Assembly: GCA_963677925.2 (NCBI GenBank)
Contig: CAXXYH010000003.1
Location: 1,184,001 to 1,248,000 of the forward strand
DNA from: Spirochaetia bacterium
Lineage (GTDB): Bacteria > Spirochaetota > Spirochaetia > UBA9216
Reading direction: 5' to 3'
DNA: 64,000 nucleotides
Both the position numbers and the translations under genes were made by a program. The notes under the pieces were generated by a model that was given only the letters and a program-made list of their open reading frames with translations, was not told where the DNA came from and made no database searches. Shown piece by piece: positions 50,285 through 59,777 of this stretch; positions within the stretch are counted from its first letter, which is position 1, and each line of letters begins with the position of its first letter.

Positions 50285-50809
50285 ATGAAGAATTTTTCAG
50301 GAAAAGCACTGTTCATCGACAGAAGCGATATAAATACAGACGAGATCATCCCGGCAAAATACCTGACCGAGATTGAAAAAAAGGCTATGGGCCCCCACCT
50401 GCTCGAAGATCTAAAGCTTGACGGTTTTGATCCTAATAAAGATCTTGACGGCGTAGAGGTGATAGTTACAAGAAACAACTTCGGCTGCGGCTCGTCCCGT
50501 GAGCATGCTCCCTGGGCACTTGAAGCCAGAGGAATTAATCTTGTAGCAGCAGCAGGTTTTGCAAGGATTTTCCGCCAGAACATGTACAACTGCGGAATGA
50601 TGGCTGTGGACCTTCCGGAAGCTGTAATTGATGAGCTTTTTGCAGAATTCGCAGGAAAAGCAACGGAAGTATCAACTGACTTTGAGGCCAGAAAAATGAC
50701 AGTAAAGTCCGGCAGTATTGAGAAGACGGTTGATTTCAGTATTTCAGGATATGATGAATCACTGGTTAAAGCAGGTGGCTGGGTAGAATACGCGGACAGT
50801 AATTACTGA
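50285..50809 (+). CDS. leuD: 3-isopropylmalate dehydratase small subunit
   Basis: DINTDEIIPA, NFGCGSSREHA, FARIFRQN. Confidence 0.93.
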   Translation: MKNFSGKALFIDRSDINTDEIIPAKYLTEIEKKAMGPHLLEDLKLDGFDPNKDLDGVEVIVTRNNFGCGSSREHAPWALEARGINLVAAAGFARIFRQNMYNCGMMAVDLPEAVIDELFAEFAGKATEVSTDFEARKMTVKSGSIEKTVDFSISGYDESLVKAGGWVEYADSNY

Positions 50810-50844
50810 ACCGGCATCCACCCTGCCGCAGCTTGATTTGACTG

Positions 50845-51159
50845 CTATTGGATAAGACTGAGGAGCTCGCCTACTGCGGGCTCTTTTTCTTTTACACCTG
50901 TTTTTCTGACGGCTTTCCGGATGATAGTTTCCCACTGTTTCTCAGGTATATCTTCCATCATATTTTCAAGCAGATCCGGAATTCGGTCATCAATTGCAAT
51001 ATTGTAAATTTTAGTTTCATCGAAGAAAAAGAATGAATGGAGCTCATTTATATAATCTCCAACACTCATTTCCGCTCTGTCACCTTTCTGCAGTCGCTCT
51101 TCTTTTTTAATTGCTTTCTTAATATCTCTTTCTTTTCGTGCAAGATCAGTACGTTTCAT
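50845..51159 (-). CDS. Hypothetical protein
   Basis: 104-aa ORF with RBS AGGGG and normal composition. Confidence 0.7.
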   Translation of the reverse strand: MKRTDLARKERDIKKAIKKEERLQKGDRAEMSVGDYINELHSFFFFDETKIYNIAIDDRIPDLLENMMEDIPEKQWETIIRKAVRKTGVKEKEPAVGELLSLIQ

Positions 51160-51234
51160 GACTTTCCCCTGTTCCTGAGAGATATGTGGTCATTCTGCTT
51201 TCGGTATAATATAACTGAAAAAACGATGATCGGC

Positions 51235-51282
51235 AAGTATGATAAGCTAAGATGAGATATCTCATCTTAGCTTATCATACTT
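51235..51282. repeat. Perfect 48-bp palindrome with no loop
   Basis: AAGTATGATAAGCTAAGATGAGAT|ATCTCATCTTAGCTTATCATACTT. Confidence 0.97.
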
Positions 51283-51361
51283 TTACGCCAGGATATTCTT
51301 ATTTGCGCTATTTTAACGGAGAGCTAACCTGTTTCTAATAAATGAAGCCTAAATATAAGTA

Positions 51362-52573
51362 GTGGAAAATATTGATTCTGTTTATGATTATGGAAACGCA
51401 AATCAGCAGCTGTCCCGTTTATATGATAACGCGGAACAGTATTCCATATCCAAATCATCACCGGTTATAATTTTCAGTGATCTGCATATTGGCAACGGCG
51501 GTAAAAACGACGATTTTAAAAAGAATTCAGAATTATTCACCGAGGCCTTAAAATCCTACTACAGCCCAAACCGCTATACACTGGTACTCAACGGTGACAT
51601 TGAGGAGCTGCAGAAGTTCCGCCTTGATCAGATAAGAAAACAATGGATGGAGCTTTACAATGTTTTCGACAGTTTCGCTGAAGACAAAAGGCTGATAAAG
51701 CTGACCGGTAACCACGATGATATGCTCGAGTCGGGACTTATAGAAAACCGCTACGGTTCAAAGCAGGCCGCAAAATTGAAATTAGAAGGAATCCGCAATC
51801 CTCTGTTTATCTTCCACGGCCACCAGGCTTCATGGTACTACCAGCATATGAACAAGCTGAATGAAATTCTGCTGCGCTACATTGTGAACCCGTCGGGGAT
51901 AGGTAATATTTCTAAGAAATACGATTATGCAAGAAGGATGAAGCTTGAGAAGCGGATATACGATTTCTCCAAGGAAAACAAGCTGATATCCATAATAGGA
52001 CATACTCACAGACCACTTTTTGAATCTCTTTCAAGGGTAGATTCACTTAGGTTTATGATTGAAAGCCTCCTGCGGGCCTATCGAAACGCTCCACTTGGAA
52101 AGAGAGCTGAAATAGCAGCAAGGATACACCAGCTTAAGCATAACTTTGATACATGCTCCGGAAAAAACAGACACAGCGAACCTGTAACAAGGCTGTACAG
52201 CGGTGAGATCCCTGTTCCATGCATGTTCAACAGCGGATGTGCAATCGGCAAGCGTGGAATCACAGGTATTGAAATTAATGATGGACGTATATCACTGGTT
52301 CACTGGTTTGACAGCAGGGTCAGCAACCGCTTTATTTTTTCATCTGAAATGGAACCGAAGAAGCTGTCTGCAGACTCACCGCTTTACCGCGTAGTGCTTC
52401 GTGAAGACAGCCTCCATTATATCAATGATTCCATCCAGATTCTCGGGGGGATCCCCGGAAGTGAAGATGTAATCATTGAAAAACCTGTTTCCATTTTCTC
52501 AGAAAATGAAATCTTTTCTGATATTTCAGACATTTCTGTTTATTCTAAACAAAACCTTACACTCCGCTATTAA
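51362..52573 (+). CDS. Calcineurin-like metallophosphoesterase
   Basis: SDLH, NGD, GNHD, FHGH, GHTH motifs. Confidence 0.9.
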   Translation: MENIDSVYDYGNANQQLSRLYDNAEQYSISKSSPVIIFSDLHIGNGGKNDDFKKNSELFTEALKSYYSPNRYTLVLNGDIEELQKFRLDQIRKQWMELYNVFDSFAEDKRLIKLTGNHDDMLESGLIENRYGSKQAAKLKLEGIRNPLFIFHGHQASWYYQHMNKLNEILLRYIVNPSGIGNISKKYDYARRMKLEKRIYDFSKENKLISIIGHTHRPLFESLSRVDSLRFMIESLLRAYRNAPLGKRAEIAARIHQLKHNFDTCSGKNRHSEPVTRLYSGEIPVPCMFNSGCAIGKRGITGIEINDGRISLVHWFDSRVSNRFIFSSEMEPKKLSADSPLYRVVLREDSLHYINDSIQILGGIPGSEDVIIEKPVSIFSENEIFSDISDISVYSKQNLTLRY

Positions 52574-52600
52574 CAGATGTTTCCAAAGAGAATAAAGCAT

Positions 52601-52630
52601 AAAAAAAAGAGTCTGTCATTCGACAGACTC
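52601..52630 (-). terminator. Intrinsic terminator after thioredoxin
   Basis: GAGTCTGTC-GAAT-GACAGACTC plus T8. Confidence 0.85.
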
Positions 52631-52656
52631 CCTTTACTGTGTGGTTATTCAAATGT

Positions 52657-53007
52657 TTAAAGAAGACTCTCGTCAATGATCTTCTTCAACTGGGCTTCCG
52701 GAAGGGCACCTGCAGCCATCTGAGGCTGGCCTTCCATCGGGATAAATAGAAGTGAGGGAATACTCTGAATACCGAATGCACCGGCTAGTTCAGGTTCATC
52801 TTCTGTATTAACCTTGTAGAAAGCTACCTTTCCATCATAGTCCTTTGAAAGTTTTTCAATGGTAGGGGCAAGCATTTTACAGGGCATGCACCAGTCTGCG
52901 TAGAAGTCTACTACTGCGGGAACCCCGCCCTCATATTTCCATTCTTTATTATTCTCATAATCAAAAACCTTGGTTTTGAATTCTGCGGATGTTAGATGTT
53001 CAGCCAT
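52657..53007 (-). CDS. trxA: Thioredoxin
   Basis: DFYADWCMPC, IQSIP. Confidence 0.93.
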   Translation of the reverse strand: MAEHLTSAEFKTKVFDYENNKEWKYEGGVPAVVDFYADWCMPCKMLAPTIEKLSKDYDGKVAFYKVNTEDEPELAGAFGIQSIPSLLFIPMEGQPQMAAGALPEAQLKKIIDESLL

Positions 53008-53144
53008 AATGGGCCTCCTTTATATTTTCTCTATATATAAAATAACTAATATTTAGACAGAGGTCAACACAAATCGATATTTTTTAATTCATATTAATAT
53101 CTGCCGCTATTATAAATATAGTATCTGCCGCCCTTCAAAATCCA

Positions 53145-54140
53145 CTAAAAAATCTGTATTTCAGCATTTTCTTTCAGTTCTGCAGTGAAAGTGCGTACTT
53201 TGTTATTCAGTTTCTCGTTGTTCAGATAATATTCAATGCTTTCCTGTACATCTTCATATGAAGCGGTGGTTTCTTCTGTTCGATCTGTAAGAAGAATAAT
53301 ATGGTAACCGAACTGCGTTCTGACCGGCTGACTTAGCTCTCCTACTTCAAGCTGAAGCACTGCCTGTTCAAAAGGAGGTACCATGTCGCCCTTTCTGAAA
53401 ACGCCAAGCTCCCCGCCTCTGACGTTGCTCGGACCTTCCGAATACTCTTTTGCCAGTTCAGCAAAATCTTCACCGTTAACAATTCTTTCACGTATGCCGG
53501 TAATTTTCTCTTTTACAGCCTGAATTTCTTCTTCTGAAGCATCCTCTTGAATAAGAAGAAGTATATGACTGGCCTGGAAGGTTTCCTCCTGAATAAAGTA
53601 ATCGGGGTTGTTATTGTAGAAATCCTCCTTTTCAGTTTCAGAAATCTCAATACCGGACTGAAATTCGGTAATAACAAAATCACGTACAACGTAATACCGT
53701 TTAGTATCTGTACGAAGCTGCTCCATATCTGTACCGCTTTGTGCCAGCATCGATTCAAGAGCCTCTAGGCCTCCGTAATTCATTGAAAGATCGTTTATGT
53801 ACTGTTCTACTTCTGCCTCATCGGCTGCATACCCCTTTTCCACTGCCGCCTGAAAAAGCAGCTCCCGGCTGATCAGAGTGTCCATAGCGTTCATGCTCAT
53901 CTGTTCAATCATAGCGGAATCAGGGTACTGCCCCCTGGACATCATTTCCTGGTAGGCTATCTGTATTTCCCTGTTGAGACTGTTCTCAGAAATAGCAACG
54001 CCATTGACGGAGGCCACGTTTTTTTCAGCGGCTGTTTCCTGATCTGCATCCGCAGCAGCAGTATCCTGAGCTGTAACTGTCTGAAGAGGTATTAAAAATG
54101 AAATTAAGACAAATAAATGTAGTAGATTTTTTCTATTCAA
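53145..54140 (-). CDS. SurA/PrsA-like parvulin peptidyl-prolyl isomerase
   Basis: Signal peptide, ASHIL, FAELAKEYS, GGELG, TQFGYHII. Confidence 0.93.
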   Translation of the reverse strand: MNRKNLLHLFVLISFLIPLQTVTAQDTAAADADQETAAEKNVASVNGVAISENSLNREIQIAYQEMMSRGQYPDSAMIEQMSMNAMDTLISRELLFQAAVEKGYAADEAEVEQYINDLSMNYGGLEALESMLAQSGTDMEQLRTDTKRYYVVRDFVITEFQSGIEISETEKEDFYNNNPDYFIQEETFQASHILLLIQEDASEEEIQAVKEKITGIRERIVNGEDFAELAKEYSEGPSNVRGGELGVFRKGDMVPPFEQAVLQLEVGELSQPVRTQFGYHIILLTDRTEETTASYEDVQESIEYYLNNEKLNNKVRTFTAELKENAEIQIF

Positions 54141-54259
54141 ATTATGCTCCTGTTTGTATGGCTACAGCATATCCCATCACCCTGCTGATGTCCATTAGAA
54201 TTGTGCTAATCGTGCAAAGTCTGAACAAATGTGTTTGAAATCAAATATATGTTCGTGAT

Positions 54260-55864
54260 ATGCTTCTTCGTATGAGTACAGAACATATTGATTTGGATTT
54301 GGCTAAACGGATTCTTCATAATTATAATGAAGGGCTTTATGATAATGTAAAACCGGTTGAGGTTACAGGAATACCCGGGATTGACGGGAAAAGCATAATC
54401 GATCGTGCAAACCTTGAAAACTGGTCATACCCGCTTGAAACAGTCACTGAAAACCTGAACAGAATTCATCCCGGTTTTAACGCAGAGCTTCTGGGAACAG
54501 TATTCGGTAAAAAGGAAACGGCAGACGGAAATTCCGTCATAACCTTTTCCAGGAAAGAGCTCCATGATATTGGAGTCCAGCTCTATCCCTTCGTATCATT
54601 CGGAATCTTAAACGGAGGCTCAGCAACCAGTTATGCTGATTTGAAAAAGAATTCATCACTGAGCAGGGAACTCATGAGTATATATGAGGATATCTTTGAG
54701 GATGCTTCAGAGAACGCCACAGGCAAGGCAAAGGGAATTACGCCGGCCTACATGAACCCGGATGGCAGCTATGGACCTGATTTTATTGAGATAAAAATCA
54801 GAGCACTGCTGATTGAAAACCTGAGATACAGTCTAATCGTTAATGAAAACAATTCTCTATACAGTGATTTCGAAAGCCTGAAAAAACAGGCATGCTTTCC
54901 AATGTTTCAGATGACAAGCTTCAGTACTGATTCACAAATAAAGGAAGCGCTTGAAAAATATACAAAAAGCCCCGTACTCACGGATCTTATAGAAAGAACA
55001 GGGATAGACATTACAGAGATCCTTACCGGAATTCAGCCGCTTATAGCCGCCTATACACACTCAGATGTCGGCAGGCCGAAACAGATTTTCACCTTTGCCA
55101 ACGGCAGGGACGGAGAAATGCTGCCGCTGCCGGGAGGTCACGGACAGAACTTTCTTGTACTGTCTGAAATTTACCGTTATCTGCATTCTGAACTGGGTAA
55201 AAAGTTCATCTATATAACAAATGTTGACAATCTGGGTAATATGCCCGACCCTGTATCTCTTGCAGTTACCGCCATGTCCGGCAGACAGGCAGCCTTTGAT
55301 TTCTGTTTCAGAACACCAGTTGATGTAAAGGGCGGGATACTTGTCCTGGACGGCAGAGGGCGGCTGAACTGTGCCGACATCGGTCCTGCAGTCTCAAAGG
55401 AGGAGGTTCACAGGCAGGAAGAATCGGGGAAAAAGATTCTTTACAACTGCGCAACCGGCCTTTTCAGCCTTGACTACCTTGTCCCGAACCTGGAACAGGT
55501 CATAAATAAACTCCCAATGAGATTTACCGACCAGGTGAAGGACGCCGGCTCCTACTCACAGGCGGAGCAGGTTACCTGGGAGATTATCGGCATTCTCGAT
55601 GATTTTCTGATTTTCGGAGTAGATAAATACCGGAGGTTCCTGGCTGCTAAACTGCTTCTTGAATCCTTTATCACAAGCGGTCTGCGCATAGACAGGCCGG
55701 AGTTCCCGACAGATCCCGATCCTGCTGAAGATTTCAAGGCAACAGCCGAAAATCTATACAGGGGACTGAGGGAAAACCTTGAACAGGTATACGGAATGAA
55801 TTCGGACGGTACTAAATGGCGTCCTGATTCAATAGAGAAACTAGAAGAAATTATTAGAGGTTGA
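54260..55864 (+). CDS. UTP-glucose-1-phosphate uridylyltransferase, UDPGP (eukaryote-like) family
   Basis: LNGGSATSY, MTSFST, PGGHG, NVDNLG, DVKGG, RFLAAK. Confidence 0.8.
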   Translation: MLLRMSTEHIDLDLAKRILHNYNEGLYDNVKPVEVTGIPGIDGKSIIDRANLENWSYPLETVTENLNRIHPGFNAELLGTVFGKKETADGNSVITFSRKELHDIGVQLYPFVSFGILNGGSATSYADLKKNSSLSRELMSIYEDIFEDASENATGKAKGITPAYMNPDGSYGPDFIEIKIRALLIENLRYSLIVNENNSLYSDFESLKKQACFPMFQMTSFSTDSQIKEALEKYTKSPVLTDLIERTGIDITEILTGIQPLIAAYTHSDVGRPKQIFTFANGRDGEMLPLPGGHGQNFLVLSEIYRYLHSELGKKFIYITNVDNLGNMPDPVSLAVTAMSGRQAAFDFCFRTPVDVKGGILVLDGRGRLNCADIGPAVSKEEVHRQEESGKKILYNCATGLFSLDYLVPNLEQVINKLPMRFTDQVKDAGSYSQAEQVTWEIIGILDDFLIFGVDKYRRFLAAKLLLESFITSGLRIDRPEFPTDPDPAEDFKATAENLYRGLRENLEQVYGMNSDGTKWRPDSIEKLEEIIRG

Positions 55865-55865
55865 A

Positions 55866-57044
55866 ATGAAGTTAAACAGCTTTAGAAAAATATGGCTTGT
55901 GCTGGTTTTAACAGCTGCCGCCGCCGCCATGTACGCGCAGGATATTACCGAAGAAGAAAAGGTTCTTGCGCTTATTGAGTTCAAAAACATGGAGGACAAC
56001 GGTGAACATGATTACCTGGCAAGCCTCATTTCTGCTGTACTTCGCGAAGATCTTTCACATACAGAGGGCATAACCCTGGTTGAACGCTCCAGGATTGACA
56101 GTATAATCAACGAGCAGCAGCTGCAGCTTTCCGGACTCACTGCGGAAGACGATGCTCTTAAAGCCGGACGGATGCTCGGAAGCGATTACTTAAGCGGCGG
56201 CAGTTTTATAGTCATCGGCGGTGAAGTTCTGCTGGATGTCACTCTGATAAATGTTGAAACATCAAAGGTTCTGTCATTTGCCAGCCGCGGAAGTACAGAC
56301 GACCTGATTCATATCGCAGCAGAAAAAATTGCCCGTGAACTCACAGGAAAAACAAGGGTTTTCAGAACCGCGGAATCAGGGCGACCGATAATCAAGAATG
56401 AACTGCTTCCGCCGGGAAAACTCAAACTATTTTCTCATCTTATTGATGCAAGAATATATATCGATGATGAGTTTGTCGGATACACAAGCGGCGACCGCAC
56501 AATTCCGGTTGAAATTGAGCTTCAGCCCGGCGAACACACTATTGAAACAGATCTGGGAAACAGCTTCGGCGTTATAAAGGAACCGGAAATCATATTCGAA
56601 CACTGGAAGGTACCGTTTACAGTTGAATCAAGCGGTGTGATAATACTTGAAGACGGAACACGACATTACAACAGTATTCTTTATGAGCTGCTGCGGCTGA
56701 CCCATGACGACAAAGAGTTCAGAAACGGCGACAGGGAGCCATATCAGACCGAAGAATCTTTCAGTTTTACCGACAGAGAGGGAAATCCAGTAGCCGGCAG
56801 CTTTACAATCTACATCACCCCTACTGAGGAAAGGGGGTTGAAAATGCAGATGATGCTCATCTATAACGGGAACAGGGAGGTCTTTGATTATTCCTGCGAG
56901 CCTGGTGAAGATGAAGAGTTCGAGCATGAAACGGGGCACATCAAAATGGAAGTAGAGCTCAGCTGCAGATACCCGGATAGACTCGAAGTCTCATGGAATC
57001 TCGAACGTACGGATATCTGGCAGAGCATGTTCTACAATAACTGA
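55866..57044 (+). CDS. Exported protein with FlgO/CsgG/TolB-N-like domain and PEGA-like domain
   Basis: Signal peptide; LVERSRIDSIINEQQLQLSGL...AGRMLGSDY; ARIYIDDEFVG...LQPGEH. Confidence 0.7.
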   Translation: MKLNSFRKIWLVLVLTAAAAAMYAQDITEEEKVLALIEFKNMEDNGEHDYLASLISAVLREDLSHTEGITLVERSRIDSIINEQQLQLSGLTAEDDALKAGRMLGSDYLSGGSFIVIGGEVLLDVTLINVETSKVLSFASRGSTDDLIHIAAEKIARELTGKTRVFRTAESGRPIIKNELLPPGKLKLFSHLIDARIYIDDEFVGYTSGDRTIPVEIELQPGEHTIETDLGNSFGVIKEPEIIFEHWKVPFTVESSGVIILEDGTRHYNSILYELLRLTHDDKEFRNGDREPYQTEESFSFTDREGNPVAGSFTIYITPTEERGLKMQMMLIYNGNREVFDYSCEPGEDEEFEHETGHIKMEVELSCRYPDRLEVSWNLERTDIWQSMFYNN

Positions 57045-58339
57045 TTCCCTGTTTTTCTCATATTTACAGGAATATAATCAGAAGCCTTCTTTTCAGTAAA
57101 ATTCCTTTTTAATCTGGCAAAGCGCATTCTCCCGTTCTCATACGGTACAGCGGGAGGTGCCGAACCTGTCAGAGGCATGGCATATTCAATAAATTCATCG
57201 GTTACATCAAGCCCGTCCGCAGTGATCCATGAGTACGGAAGATGTCTTACCGAGTTGGCAACAATATCAAGCCTTACTTTATCGTAATACACACTGTATC
57301 CGCTTACAGCCCGATCGCGCAGAATCGTGGCCATCCATCCCGAACCGTCTTTTACTGCAGTTTCAACCGCAAACTTTCCGACCTGAAAGGCTTCTTCAAT
57401 ATCAACTGATGAGGCATAAAGACTGGTGCTGCGCTGCAGAATCCCGGGAACCTGTCCAGTAGCCTGTCCGCGGGCTTTGAGTCCATGACTGTTAAGGTAA
57501 TTGACTATTTTCTGGGCTACAGTAGATTCGCTTGCACCGTATTCGATGTGCCCGAATCCGTCACGGGCTTCTCCAAGGCTGCCGGCATTGAACCCTTCGC
57601 TTGCAACAACTATACAGCGGCCTCGTTCTATAAGGCAGCGGTTAACATTTTCGGCCAGTGATTCAAGATTATGATCGGTTTCGGCAAGATAAAGCTGTAT
57701 AGGGGCTTCACGATCCGGGTCGGCCAGTCTTGCGGCCGCAGGGATAAATCCGCTGGTCCGGCCCATTGCCTGGAAAACGGATACAGGCTCGGATACATCA
57801 ATCGCACGGTTTTCTTCATTCGTCTGCTGAATAATGTGTTTCCAGTAGCTGGCTGCCGATCCGTACCCCGGCGTATGATCAATAATAGTAAACTCTTCAT
57901 CGCCAAGATCGTTGTCTATGGTCTTCGGTACACCTGCTACAATCAGCTCATAGCCTTCCCTTTTTGCAAGTGCAGCTACCTTGTCGGCCGTATCCATGGA
58001 GTCGTTTCCACCGATGTAGAAAAACCAGCCCACATCCTGTGCTCTGCATACATCGATAATCCGCTGAAAATCTTCGGTATTCTCCTCTTTCAGCTTATAC
58101 CGGCAGGTTCCTATTGCCCCTGAAGCAGGGGTATGGCGCAGAAGAGATAATTCATAATCATCCTCAGCATTGATATCTATCAGTTCTTCCTTAAGAACTC
58201 CTTCTATTCCATGCCATCCGGCAAAGATACGTCCGAACTTTTCCGGCATTGCTCTGCAGGCTTCGATTACACCAAGCAGAGAGGCATTGATCACCGGTGA
58301 TGGTCCGCCGGACTGTGCTACTATTACATTACTTTTCAT
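57032..58339 (-). CDS. pfp: Pyrophosphate-dependent phosphofructokinase
   Basis: QSGGPSPVIN, GGNDS (Asp at the donor site), PKTIDND, MGR. Confidence 0.88.
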   Translation of the reverse strand: MKSNVIVAQSGGPSPVINASLLGVIEACRAMPEKFGRIFAGWHGIEGVLKEELIDINAEDDYELSLLRHTPASGAIGTCRYKLKEENTEDFQRIIDVCRAQDVGWFFYIGGNDSMDTADKVAALAKREGYELIVAGVPKTIDNDLGDEEFTIIDHTPGYGSAASYWKHIIQQTNEENRAIDVSEPVSVFQAMGRTSGFIPAAARLADPDREAPIQLYLAETDHNLESLAENVNRCLIERGRCIVVASEGFNAGSLGEARDGFGHIEYGASESTVAQKIVNYLNSHGLKARGQATGQVPGILQRSTSLYASSVDIEEAFQVGKFAVETAVKDGSGWMATILRDRAVSGYSVYYDKVRLDIVANSVRHLPYSWITADGLDVTDEFIEYAMPLTGSAPPAVPYENGRMRFARLKRNFTEKKASDYIPVNMRKTGNQLL

Positions 58340-58471
58340 AGTTTTATAATATTACATCACTCATACATTCATCAATATTCATGAGGGTCTTCAATTTTTT
58401 ATTCTTAAATTTGTAAATTTTGATGTGATCTACTAATATTTTTATAGACAAGAACCGGAAGAGGAAGAAAT

Positions 58472-59707
58472 ATGCCTGAATTTTCAATTCTGATTGTTGA
58501 TGATGAAGCAAATGTACTCGCAGCACTGCACAGGCTGTTCAGGGCAAACAAAAGGCTGCAGGTTCATACAGCGACCGATGCGCGTTCAGGCGTAGAGGTT
58601 CTAAGAAAAAACGATATAGATCTCGTGATCAGTGATGAAAGAATGCCTGAGGTTGAAGGTCATAAGTTTCTAGCCTATCTTCGTAAGAACTTTCCGGATG
58701 TTGTGCGGATAATGCTCAGCGGCTATGCAGAACAGGATGCCATTCTTGATGCTATTAATAAGGGTGAGGTATACCGTTTCATTACAAAACCCTGGAACAA
58801 CCATGAATTGATGATAACAATTGAAAAAGCGCTTGAACACGGCAGGCTTGCAAAGGAAAACCGGAAACTCGCAGAGGAGCTGAAAAAGAAAAACCGGGAA
58901 CTGTCAGAAATAAATAAAACCCTTGAACTCAAGGTTAAACAGCGGACTGAAGAACTGGAGAAGGCAATGCTGCAGATCAGCAGTCAGCGCGATGCGGCTC
59001 AGAACGGACTTGCCGATACTGCAACCTTTCTTACCAGCATGGTAGGTCTTATACGCAAGGATATAAGGGATCATGTCAAAAGGATTGCCGACACCGCCCA
59101 GAAAGTGGTACGTGAACTAAAACTGCCTGCGGCCGAAGTTCAGCCTATCATTATGGCTTCATACTTTCATGAACTGGGCCGGTTCGGAGGCAGTACTGAA
59201 GACGGCGAAGACGAAGAAAAAACATCGGAACTGAGCGAACACCTGATCCGAAGTGTTCTAAAAATGACTGAACTTGCTGAGATTGTAAGACATTACCGGG
59301 AAAACTGGGATGGTTCAGGCTCCCCTGATAATCTTAAGGAAGAGAAAATCCCCATAGGAAGCAGAATTCTCCGGGTCTGTAAAGACTATGATCACATGCT
59401 CTATATACGGAACAACAATAGCGCCGAAACTGAAGACTTCCTAATCCAGCATTCCGGAATCTATTACGACCGTGATGTTGTGGCAGCTCTTTTGAGTAAA
59501 GTAAAAAATGATGATAAAGACGGTAAATGGGTAAAAGTCACTGAGCTGAAAGACAATATGGTGCTTTACGGTAATGTTTATCTGGAGAGCGGAGTTCTTT
59601 TTCTGCCGGCAAACACGGTTGTTGATGAAAATGTAACAAGGCGTATAGAGGATTTTGCCGAGCTTATCGATATGGAAAAGCAGGTATATGTAAAACTTCT
59701 GAAATAA
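58472..59707 (+). CDS. Response regulator with degenerate HD-GYP-like output domain
   Basis: REC VDDE...SDERMP...LSG...KPW; coiled coil; FHELG in place of LHDIG, HYRENWDGSGSP. Confidence 0.85.
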   Translation: MPEFSILIVDDEANVLAALHRLFRANKRLQVHTATDARSGVEVLRKNDIDLVISDERMPEVEGHKFLAYLRKNFPDVVRIMLSGYAEQDAILDAINKGEVYRFITKPWNNHELMITIEKALEHGRLAKENRKLAEELKKKNRELSEINKTLELKVKQRTEELEKAMLQISSQRDAAQNGLADTATFLTSMVGLIRKDIRDHVKRIADTAQKVVRELKLPAAEVQPIIMASYFHELGRFGGSTEDGEDEEKTSELSEHLIRSVLKMTELAEIVRHYRENWDGSGSPDNLKEEKIPIGSRILRVCKDYDHMLYIRNNNSAETEDFLIQHSGIYYDRDVVAALLSKVKNDDKDGKWVKVTELKDNMVLYGNVYLESGVLFLPANTVVDENVTRRIEDFAELIDMEKQVYVKLLK

Positions 59708-59777
59708 CCGGAGGCCTTTTTCTTAATCACCCAGGACCGTATTTTTTTAATTCTGCGGTAAATTGCAGACGGAGCAA

